From NCBI GenBank assembly GCA_963729605.1, contig CAVSNY010000007.1, positions 768,001 to 832,000 on the forward strand: DNA of 64,000 nt. The letters run 5' to 3'. Positions 9,965 to 18,200 of this stretch are shown one piece after another. The DNA comes from an uncultured Gammaproteobacteria bacterium (GTDB lineage Bacteria; Pseudomonadota; Gammaproteobacteria; DRLM01). The position numbers were made by a program, and so were the translations under genes. The notes under the pieces were generated by a model. That model was not told the DNA's origin. It ran no database searches and was given only the letters and a program-made list of their open reading frames with translations. Numbering within the stretch: the stretch's first letter is position 1; each line of letters opens with the position of its first letter.

Positions 9965-12436
9965 ATGAGGAGTCTCGGTACCCGCTTGGCCCTGGTGATC
10001 TCGGCGGTGTTGTCGCTGCTGGTCTTGTTCGCCGGCATGTGGCTGGAGCGGCAAGTCACCGAGACCATGCGCGCCGAAGAGGTGCGCCAGGCCAAATTGC
10101 ACGCCGGTACCTTGCTGGGCAGTTTGCAGACCTTGATGCTGAACGGCCAGGGCACGCTGGCCCGTTCCTGGCTGGACCGCATGCACGGTGAAGCCGGCAT
10201 CGTAGATATCGAGGTGCTGCGCCGGGACGGCGTGGAGGCCTTCACCGATTTGTCCACGGTGAAGGCCGTGAATGAGTATCTGGGCTACCCGCGTTTTCAG
10301 CGGGAACCTTCACTATCCCGCCATGGCCCTGACGTCAACAAGCCCGCCTTCAAACAGGCCTTGCAGGGCGAGTTGTCGGTGGATTGGGCCACGCCCGGCC
10401 AGATGTCTTTATACATGCCCATCGAGAGGCGCGGGGAATGTATCGCCTGTCATGGTTATGAAGATGATCCCATGCGCGGCGTCTTGAAGCTGGCCTTGTC
10501 CACCGTGGCGGCGGAAAACCGCATCGACGCCATGCGTCATCGGGTGTGGGTGATGTCCGCCGGCCTGGTGTTGCTGCTGGGCGTGGCGATGTGGGTGGCC
10601 TTGCGGGTCAGCGTGCTGGGGCCGATCGCCCATTTGCGCGATGCGATCAAACGGGTGGGCGAAGGCGACCGCGACGCCAAGCTGCCGGTCGGACGCCGCG
10701 ATGAGGTAGGCGAGGTGTCCGAGGTCTTCAACCGCATGCAGGACCAGTTGGTGGCAAGCGAGGTGCGGATCCGCGCCGTCATGGACAACGTGCTGGACGC
10801 CATCATCACCTTCGATGGAAAAGGTACGATCGAGTCGGCCAATCAGGCGGTGCGCAATGTGTTCGCATGCAGTCCCGAGGAACTGCTCGGCCAGAATCTC
10901 AAGATGTTGATGCCGGAACCTTACCGCGGCGAATACGAGCGCTTTCTGGCCCATTACATCGAAAGCGGCGAGCCGCGCATCCTCGGCGTGGGCCGCGAGG
11001 TGATGGGCCAGCGCAAGGGCGGCGGCATCTTCCCCATGGATTTGGCGGTGAGCGAGATGTGGGTGCACGGCCGGCGTTATTTCATCGGCATCATCCGCGA
11101 CATCACCGAACGCAAAGAGCAGATGGCGGCCATCGAATATCAGGCACTGCACGACGCCTTGACCGATTTGCCCAATCGCTCCCTGCTCTCCGATCGCCTG
11201 CACCAGGCGATCCTCAACGCGATCCGCGACAAGACGCCCCTGGCCTTGATCATCATGGATCTCGACCACTTCAAAGAGATCAACGATACCCTCGGCCATC
11301 ACAACGGCGACTTGATTTTGAAACAGGTGGCGACCCGGGTGCGCGGCGTGTTGCGTGAATCGGACACCGTGGCCCGCCTCGGCGGCGACGAGTTCGCGGT
11401 GCTGTTGCCCACCGCGGATTTGATCGACGCCACCCGCATCGCCAAGAAAATTCTGAGCGCCCTCGACCAGCCCTTCGATCTGGAAGGACAGTCCTTCCAC
11501 GTCGGCGGCAGCCTGGGCATCGCGCTGCTGCCCGAACACGGCCGCGACGGCACGGCGCTGATGAAGCGCGCCGACGTCGCGATGTACGAGGCCAAGCGCG
11601 GCAAGACCGGTTTCGCTTTATACGATCCTTCCAAGGATCAACACAGCCTGCGCAATCTGTCCTTGATGGGCGATTTGCGCTCCGCCATCGAACAAAACCA
11701 GTTGGTGCTTTACTATCAACCCAAGGTCAATATGCAGACCGGGCGGGTCAGCGGCGTGGAGGCCCTGGTACGCTGGCAACACCCGCAACATGGCTTGATG
11801 TATCCCGACGACTTCATCCCGCTCGCCGAGCAGGCGGGTTTGATCCGCCAGGTGACCTTGTGGGTGTTGGAAAAGGCCCTGGCCCAACACACCGATTGGT
11901 TGCAGATGGGTATCGACTTGAGCATGGCGGTGAACCTGTCGGCGCGTAACCTGCAGGACAATGTCTTCCCCGACGAGGTGGGCGCCCTGCTGCGCGGTTA
12001 TCACCATACGCAATTGTCGCGACTGCGTTTCGAGATCACCGAAACCGCGATGATGGCCGACCCCGGCCGCGCGGCGGAGATACTCAACGCCCTCGGCGCC
12101 ATGGGTATCCGGTTGTCGATCGACGATTTCGGCACCGGCTATTCCTCCTTGGCGTACCTCAAGCAATTGCCGGTGGCGGAATTGAAGATCGACAAGTCCT
12201 TCGTGCTGGGCATGAGCACCGACGACAACGACGCGGTGATCGTGCGTTCCACCATCGACCTCGCCCATAACATCGGCATGCGGGTGGTGGCGGAAGGTGT
12301 CGAGGATAAAAAGACCTACGACATGTTGGCCACGCTGGGTTGCGACGTGGTGCAGGGTTATTTCATCAGCCGGCCGGTGACGCCCGAGGAATTATTGCGC
12401 TGGTTGCAGAATCCGCCCTGGGGCCTGCAGGTATAA
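9965..12436 (+). CDS. Membrane c-di-GMP enzyme: periplasmic CxxCH sensor-HAMP-PAS-GGDEF-EAL
   Basis: Two TMs flanking a region with CIACH; HAMP (RRDEVGEV); PAS; RESD I-site plus GGDEF; EAL plus DDFGTGYSSL. Confidence 0.93.
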   Translation: MRSLGTRLALVISAVLSLLVLFAGMWLERQVTETMRAEEVRQAKLHAGTLLGSLQTLMLNGQGTLARSWLDRMHGEAGIVDIEVLRRDGVEAFTDLSTVKAVNEYLGYPRFQREPSLSRHGPDVNKPAFKQALQGELSVDWATPGQMSLYMPIERRGECIACHGYEDDPMRGVLKLALSTVAAENRIDAMRHRVWVMSAGLVLLLGVAMWVALRVSVLGPIAHLRDAIKRVGEGDRDAKLPVGRRDEVGEVSEVFNRMQDQLVASEVRIRAVMDNVLDAIITFDGKGTIESANQAVRNVFACSPEELLGQNLKMLMPEPYRGEYERFLAHYIESGEPRILGVGREVMGQRKGGGIFPMDLAVSEMWVHGRRYFIGIIRDITERKEQMAAIEYQALHDALTDLPNRSLLSDRLHQAILNAIRDKTPLALIIMDLDHFKEINDTLGHHNGDLILKQVATRVRGVLRESDTVARLGGDEFAVLLPTADLIDATRIAKKILSALDQPFDLEGQSFHVGGSLGIALLPEHGRDGTALMKRADVAMYEAKRGKTGFALYDPSKDQHSLRNLSLMGDLRSAIEQNQLVLYYQPKVNMQTGRVSGVEALVRWQHPQHGLMYPDDFIPLAEQAGLIRQVTLWVLEKALAQHTDWLQMGIDLSMAVNLSARNLQDNVFPDEVGALLRGYHHTQLSRLRFEITETAMMADPGRAAEILNALGAMGIRLSIDDFGTGYSSLAYLKQLPVAELKIDKSFVLGMSTDDNDAVIVRSTIDLAHNIGMRVVAEGVEDKKTYDMLATLGCDVVQGYFISRPVTPEELLRWLQNPPWGLQV

Positions 12437-12673
12437 TCCCGGCGGGCGCCATTCCCGCTGCTCGCGGCGTAGAGATACAACAAGGGTTAACGAAGATTGC
12501 GCTATACGAGGCGATACCTCGTAGCGTGCGCCGCACGGAAAGGCGGCTTACGCGCGCACGGCGCACATTGTGGCTGGCGCCATTACTATAATCTCCCACC
12601 CGTGTGATTCTCCCTTTGATCTGGCGCGGGGAGAACGCAGCGAGGGTAGCTTCCCGTGCGCAGTCAGGCCCCT

Positions 12674-13816
12674 TTAACGCGCCGGCGCGGTCGGCGCCGT
12701 GGTTGCCCAATCGTCGGGCGCGCGGCGCACCGGCCGGAAGATATCGATCTTGCGAAAATATTGATCGGCTATATATACCCGCCCCGTTTCGTCCACCGCC
12801 ACCCCGGCTGGCAAATAAAATTTGCCCGGCTTGCTGCTCTCGTCCCGATTGCCGATGTGCATCAGGATCTGGCCTTGCGGGTTGAAGAGCTGGACATTGC
12901 CGAAGGCGGCGTCGGCCACGTAAATGGTACCTTCGGCGTCGGTGGCGATGCCTTTGGGTCGGGCGAATTGGCCGGGGAAACGCCCCACTTCGCCGAAGGC
13001 GAGGCGAAAACTCCCGTCGGCCGCGAAGCCCTGCACCCGGAAATTGCCGCCGTCCACCACGTACACGCTGCCGTCCGCGGCGGTGGCGGCCTGCAACGGC
13101 AGATTGAATTGGCCGTTGCCGGTGCCGCGGGTGCCGATGGTTTGCAGCAAGGCACCGCTGCGCGGATCGAGCACATGGACGTGATGCTGCTCGCTGTCCA
13201 CCCCGCCCACATCCACCACGTAAAGCCGCTGGCCGTCCGGGCTGAGGGCGACCCCCGAGGGCCGGCGCAGCTCGGCGTCGCTGCCGAGGACGCGGAGGTG
13301 CTTGCCGCCGGCGTCGTAGACCTGCACCCGCCGCGCGCTGACGTCGGCGACGTAGATTTCGTTATCGGGCGACAAGGTGATGCCGATGGGTTTTTGCAGC
13401 CGGCCCGGCTCGCTTTGGCCGAACTGGAGGAAGCGCTTGCCGGCGATGTCGAACAACAACACCGCGCTTTGCGCGGTGTCGGTGACGTAGACCCGCCCGC
13501 CGCGGGCGGCGACGCCGTAGGGTTTCACCAGGCCTTTGACTTCCTCGCCGCGGCCGGTGGCGAGTTCGCGCCAGCGGGCGAAGCCGCTCAACTGCTCGAC
13601 GTCTTCGTTGATGCGCAGGGTGCGTTCGTAGATGAAACGCGCCTCGTCGGGCGGCGGCGGATAGACGGGCGGTTCAAGCCGCGGGGCGGGCGGGGCGCTG
13701 GCGCAGCCGGTCAACAGGCCCAGCACGCATAACGCGACCAGACCCGGCTTTAGGGCGCCTCTAAAAACCCGCTGAAACCGCGATGGCGGTGTTGGAAACG
13801 TGCTCAAAATACTCAT
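12674..13816 (-). CDS. NHL-repeat six-bladed beta-propeller lipoprotein
   Basis: Lipobox LLTGC; repeats F..P.G(I/V)A.D..G.(I/V)YVAD; VYPPPPDEARF N-terminal motif; start uncertain because it lies inside a MITE. Confidence 0.85.
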   Translation of the reverse strand: MSILSTFPTPPSRFQRVFRGALKPGLVALCVLGLLTGCASAPPAPRLEPPVYPPPPDEARFIYERTLRINEDVEQLSGFARWRELATGRGEEVKGLVKPYGVAARGGRVYVTDTAQSAVLLFDIAGKRFLQFGQSEPGRLQKPIGITLSPDNEIYVADVSARRVQVYDAGGKHLRVLGSDAELRRPSGVALSPDGQRLYVVDVGGVDSEQHHVHVLDPRSGALLQTIGTRGTGNGQFNLPLQAATAADGSVYVVDGGNFRVQGFAADGSFRLAFGEVGRFPGQFARPKGIATDAEGTIYVADAAFGNVQLFNPQGQILMHIGNRDESSKPGKFYLPAGVAVDETGRVYIADQYFRKIDIFRPVRRAPDDWATTAPTAPAR

Positions 13817-13891
13817 GACTCCGTGTGCAGCGCGCTTTTTCGCCCATTTCCGCCTTGCCTTCGCGCCTTGATCGAATTTTTAGAGGCGCCC
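13753..13891. mobile_element. 139-bp MITE-like element
   Basis: Perfect 15-bp terminal inverted repeats GGGCGCCTCTAAAAA / TTTTTAGAGGCGCCC; TTTA direct repeat on both sides (13749-13752, 13892-13895). Confidence 0.75.
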
Positions 13892-13892
13892 T

Positions 13893-14690
13893 TTATTTGA
13901 TATGGCATGTTTCACACAGGCGATCGGCGCGGGTGCGCAGCAGGAGCGTCACGTCGGGATCGTGGACGTTGTGGCAGGTGGCGCACTCGACTTTGCCGTC
14001 ATAAAGTTTGATGCCGTTGTCGAAACCGTAGGGGCTGTCGGGCGTGCGAAAATCCTGGTCGTTGTTGTTGAGGCCGGCATAGGTCATCGAGATGGCGTGG
14101 TCGTTGGTGAGATCGGTGCCGATGTGTTTGATGGCGATGCTGTGCGCCACCCGGCCGTCATGGCATTTGCCGCAGCTCATTAAATCGTTGCCGCCGTTGA
14201 GGCGCAAATGCAGCGCCGCGTCCTCGCTGCTCTGCCAGCCGTCGGGTTTGAACACCGTCATGTCCACGCCCATGGTGCCGTCGTGGCAGGACAGGCACAG
14301 CAGGCTGATCGGGCTGGGCGTGCGCACCTTGTTGTCGAGGGTGCGGGTATCGTAGATGTCATAGGCGCCGGTGGCGGGGACGAAACGATTCCAGCCCGGA
14401 ATGCCGCCTTGTCCGGCGCTGTCCTGCTCGGGCCGTTCGGGGGGCAGATGGCAATAGACGCAGGAGTTGCCGTAATCGGAGAAGGCCACTCCGGGCATGG
14501 CCACCACGCCGGCGCGCTGGTTGAGTCCGGTGAAGTCGTGTTTGGTGCCGAGCAGGGTGCCGGCCAGGGCATTCGCGCCGAGCAGCAGCGCGGCGATGAT
14601 GGCCGCGGCGCCGGCGATACGGGTGGCTGACGAGGCGCGCTCATGCGAACGCATCGGTGCGGGTGCGCTGTGCTGTGCTGGGCGTGTCAC
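13893..14690 (-). CDS. Pentaheme cytochrome c
   Basis: Five CxxCH motifs (CVYCH, CLSCH, CGKCH, CATCH, CETCH); signal peptide ending ALA; alternative ATG start at 14654. Confidence 0.88.
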   Translation of the reverse strand: MTRPAQHSAPAPMRSHERASSATRIAGAAAIIAALLLGANALAGTLLGTKHDFTGLNQRAGVVAMPGVAFSDYGNSCVYCHLPPERPEQDSAGQGGIPGWNRFVPATGAYDIYDTRTLDNKVRTPSPISLLCLSCHDGTMGVDMTVFKPDGWQSSEDAALHLRLNGGNDLMSCGKCHDGRVAHSIAIKHIGTDLTNDHAISMTYAGLNNNDQDFRTPDSPYGFDNGIKLYDGKVECATCHNVHDPDVTLLLRTRADRLCETCHIK

Positions 14691-14877
14691 TGCGTGCAGA
14701 ACCTTTCCGCTTGATTTTGGCCGGGAACGGCAGTCTAGTTATGACTGGTCCAAGAGTAGCGCAATTCATTTATTTGCGCCACAATGATGCCCGCCCCGGA
14801 GAATATATGCCCGCCGCTGCGGCGGTCCGGGTCATATGCGAATGTCTTAACCCAGCGGAACATCCGACAGCCTCACG

Positions 14878-15924
14878 ATGACTATGCGCGCCGCGGCCTT
14901 CGCCGCCCTTACAGTCTTGACCGTGCTGATCGCCACCCCGGCCTCCGCCGCGGTGGACGGCGCGGCGGTGTACGTCGAGCATTGCCAGGTCTGCCACGGC
15001 GACAAAGGCGACGGCAATACCCGCGTGCGGCGGGGTTTGACGCCGCCGCCGCGCGACTTCACCAGCGCGCGGGCGCGCCAGGAGTTGAGCCGCGAGCGCA
15101 TGATCAATTCGATTGCCCACGGCCGGCCCGGCACCGCCATGGTGGGATTCGGTCAGCGCCTGTCGGAAGAGGAGATCGCCGCGGTGGCCGATCACATCCG
15201 CGCCAGTTTCATGACCGCCCGTGACGGCAAGGCCGAGCCCCGTCCTGCCAAACTGGTGTTGGGCGAACAATTGTACGTGCGCAATTGCGCCGTGTGTCAC
15301 GGCGACAAGGGCAGTGGCGCGATGTGGACCCAGTCGAGCCTCAACCCGGCGCCGCGGGACTTCACCTCGCCGGCGACCCGCGAGGAATTGAGCCGCGAGC
15401 GGATGATCAACTCGGTGACCTTCGGCCGGCCCGGTACGGCGATGATGTCCTTCAGCAAACGGCTTTCTCCCGCCGAGATCGAGACGGTGGTCGACTATGT
15501 GCGCGCCACCTTCTTTTTGAAGGAGCCCGCCCTGCCGCCCGAGCACGCGCAGCGGGTCCAGGCCGACATGGCGCAGCCCTTTCCCAACGGTTTGCGCGGC
15601 GACGCCGCTTGGGGACGGGAGTTTTACGAACACAATTGTTTCACCTGCCACGGCAAGGAAGGCGACGGCAAAGGGCCGCGCTCGAAATTCATCAATCCCA
15701 AGCCGCGTAATTTCCTCGAAACCGATTCACGCGCGCGGTTGAACCGGCCCGCCCTGTTCGACGCGGTGCGCGACGGGCTGCGCGGCACGGTGATGCCGGC
15801 CTGGGGCAAGGTGCTCAGCGAACAGGAGATCGCCAACGTGGCGGAATATGTGTTCACCGCCTTCGTCCATCCGGCCGCCGCCTCCGCCCCCCCGGCGGAT
15901 AAAAAAAAACTGAACGCCCCGTAG
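14878..15924 (+). CDS. Triheme cytochrome c of three tandem class I domains; N-terminal part of a frameshifted gene
   Basis: Signal peptide; CQVCH, CAVCH, CFTCH, each followed by PxPR(D/N)F and G..GT.M. Confidence 0.9.
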   Translation: MTMRAAAFAALTVLTVLIATPASAAVDGAAVYVEHCQVCHGDKGDGNTRVRRGLTPPPRDFTSARARQELSRERMINSIAHGRPGTAMVGFGQRLSEEEIAAVADHIRASFMTARDGKAEPRPAKLVLGEQLYVRNCAVCHGDKGSGAMWTQSSLNPAPRDFTSPATREELSRERMINSVTFGRPGTAMMSFSKRLSPAEIETVVDYVRATFFLKEPALPPEHAQRVQADMAQPFPNGLRGDAAWGREFYEHNCFTCHGKEGDGKGPRSKFINPKPRNFLETDSRARLNRPALFDAVRDGLRGTVMPAWGKVLSEQEIANVAEYVFTAFVHPAAASAPPADKKKLNAP

Positions 15925-16868
15925 CCGCCAGCGCCGCGCAAATCGCCCGCGGCAAGCAGGTCTATAACGAACGCTGTTATTTCTGTCACGGCTACAACGG
16001 CGACGCCAAGACCTTGGCCGCCAGCTATCTGTCACCTCCGCCGCGGGATTTCACCAAGAGCGATCCCGCCAGGCTGAGCCGGGAAAAAATGATCGCCGCC
16101 GTACGCGACGGCCGGCCCGGCACGGCCATGAAAAGTTTCTCGACGCTGTTGAACGAGCAGGATATCGCCGCCGTGGTGGACTTCGTCCGTGCCACCTTCA
16201 TCGACCAGCGCGGTATCAACACTTATTACCATACCGTTGAAAACGGCTGGCCCGATCATCAACGCTACGCGGCGGCCTTTCCGTTCGCCTTGGGCGAGAT
16301 CGCGCTGGACACGCCGTGGGAGGAATTGACCCCGGCCCAGCAGGCGGGCAAACGTTTGTTCATGTCGAGTTGCATCAGTTGCCACGACCGGGCGCGGGTC
16401 AACGACGAAGGCGTGGTGTGGGACCCGCGCTCGGTGTCGTTTCCGCGCGGGGGCTACCGGCATGATGTCGAGCAGGATAAAAAAGTGGACGCGGTGAGCG
16501 GGGCGACACCCTACGCCAAACACGATAAGCCGCCCAAGCTGGAAAAGGCCACGGCGCAGGAGCGGCGCGGCGAACAGTTGTTTCAGGCCAATTGCGCGTT
16601 CTGTCACGCCGCGGACGGCACGGCGCGCAATTGGATCGGACGGTTTCTCGAGCCCCATCCCCGCGACCTCACCGACGCCGCGGCCATGAAGGGGATGGGG
16701 CGGGCGGAAATCAAAGAGGCGATCCGCGAGGGTGTGCCGGGCACGCCGATGTCGGCGTGGAAGCATGTGCTGCCGGATCAGGACATCGACGCCATCGTCG
16801 CCTATATCGTTCGGGTCTTTCATCCGCTGCCGGCGGTTCCCGATCGGCCTCCCGCCCCCCGGCCTTGA
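15903..16868 (+). CDS. Cytochrome c continuation in the -1 frame with three more hemes and no own start or signal peptide
   Basis: Frame is open from 15903 and reads KKTERPVAASAAQIARGKQVYNERCYFCHG. CYFCH lies upstream of the first start codon (TTG 16014). Further CISCH and CAFCH follow. Confidence 0.85.
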   Translation, partial: KKTERPVAASAAQIARGKQVYNERCYFCHGYNGDAKTLAASYLSPPPRDFTKSDPARLSREKMIAAVRDGRPGTAMKSFSTLLNEQDIAAVVDFVRATFIDQRGINTYYHTVENGWPDHQRYAAAFPFALGEIALDTPWEELTPAQQAGKRLFMSSCISCHDRARVNDEGVVWDPRSVSFPRGGYRHDVEQDKKVDAVSGATPYAKHDKPPKLEKATAQERRGEQLFQANCAFCHAADGTARNWIGRFLEPHPRDLTDAAAMKGMGRAEIKEAIREGVPGTPMSAWKHVLPDQDIDAIVAYIVRVFHPLPAVPDRPPAPRP

Positions 16869-16916
16869 TATTCGCGCTTTCGCTTTGCGGCCGCGATCCT
16901 TATCATCGGTATTTAA

Positions 16917-17062
16917 GGACGCGCTGGATAATTACACCTGGAATTTTCAGAGCAAGGGCAGCAAGAAGGCGATTTTCGCCGCCTTTCATGTTCAACGGTT
17001 AACACCCATGAACAGGCGGCACATTCATCTGCCGCAGGCCCTTTGAATAAATCAGCGGTTCC
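16917..17062. mobile_element. 146-bp MITE-like element (homolog of 51470-51620)
   Basis: TTAA on both sides; imperfect TIRs GGACGCGCTGGATAATT / rc GGAACCGCTGATTTATT; internal similarity to the second copy. Confidence 0.65.
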
Positions 17063-17103
17063 TTAAGCTTATCGGATTGAATGACCAGCGAGGCGGTTGA
17101 GAC

Positions 17104-18132
17104 ATGATCAAGGCGGGTATCGTGGGGGGCACCGGTTACACCGGCGTCGAGTTGTTGCGTTTGCTGGCCGGCCATCCGCAGGTGGCGTTGACGGCGATCA
17201 CCTCGCGTTCCGAGGCGGGCATGGCGGTCAGCGAGATGTTTCCCAATCTGCGCGGCCATGTGGCGCTGGCCTTTTCCGAACCGGATCCGGCGACGCTGCG
17301 CGGTTGCGACGTGGTGTTTTTCGCCACGCCCAACGGCACGGCCATGACCATGGCCCGCGAGTTGTTGGAGGCGGGGGTGCGGGTCATCGATCTCGCCGCC
17401 GACTTCCGGCTGACCGAGCCGGCGCTGTGGGAGCAGTGGTACGGCAGTCCCCACGCCTGCCCCGACCTGCTCGGTGAGGCGGTGTACGGCCTGCCCGAAG
17501 TGAACCGCGCCGCGCTGCGCGGCGCGCGGCTGGTGGCCAATCCCGGCTGTTATCCCACGGCGGTGACCTTGGGCTTTTTACCCTTGCTCGAGGCGGGGGT
17601 GGTCGACCCGGCGCATCTCATCGCCGATGCCAAATCCGGGGTGAGCGGCGCCGGGCGCAAGGCCGGCGTCGGCAGTTTGTTGTGCGAGGCCGGCGACAGC
17701 TTCAAGGCCTACGGCGTGCCGGGTCACCGGCATTGGCCGGAGATCCGGCAAAACCTCGGCCGGGTCGGTGGCGGCGAGGTCGGGCTGACCTTCGTACCCC
17801 ATCTCACCCCCATGATCCGCGGCATCCACGCCACGCTGTACGCACGTTTGACGCGCGAAGTGGATTTGCAAACCTTGTTCGCGGAGCGTTACGCCGGCGA
17901 GCCTTTCGTCGACGTCATGCCCGCCGGCGCCCATCCGGAGACCCGCAGCGTGCGGGGCGCCAATCTGTGCCGGATGTCCGTGCACCGGCCGCAGGGCGGT
18001 GATATGGTGGTGGTGCTGTCGGTGATCGACAACCTGGTTAAAGGCGCCGCCGGCCAGGCGGTACAGAATATGAATATCCTGTTTGGTCTGGAGGAGACCG
18101 CGGGGTTGACGGGGATCGCCCTGCTGCCGTGA
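17104..18132 (+). CDS. argC: N-acetyl-gamma-glutamyl-phosphate reductase
   Basis: GGTGYTG Rossmann motif, ANPGCYPT active site, [14 protein letters not shown]. Confidence 0.97.
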   Translation: MIKAGIVGGTGYTGVELLRLLAGHPQVALTAITSRSEAGMAVSEMFPNLRGHVALAFSEPDPATLRGCDVVFFATPNGTAMTMARELLEAGVRVIDLAADFRLTEPALWEQWYGSPHACPDLLGEAVYGLPEVNRAALRGARLVANPGCYPTAVTLGFLPLLEAGVVDPAHLIADAKSGVSGAGRKAGVGSLLCEAGDSFKAYGVPGHRHWPEIRQNLGRVGGGEVGLTFVPHLTPMIRGIHATLYARLTREVDLQTLFAERYAGEPFVDVMPAGAHPETRSVRGANLCRMSVHRPQGGDMVVVLSVIDNLVKGAAGQAVQNMNILFGLEETAGLTGIALLP

Positions 18133-18200
18133 GACGGGCGGGTTCCCGTGAGTGCCCTCGGCGCCGCCATGCCGGCGAGGGCCCCCGCCACTAAATCCGC

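Noticed and set aside
12656-13732. 358-aa plus-strand ORF
   Set aside because: Antisense to the NHL lipoprotein
15887-15893. C7 run as alternative site of the cytochrome frameshift
   Set aside because: A shift here would meet the TAA at 15900-15902 in the -1 frame
16014-16868. TTG 16014 as a genuine independent start
   Set aside because: It would cut off the CYFCH motif of its own domain, lacks a clear RBS and gives no signal peptide
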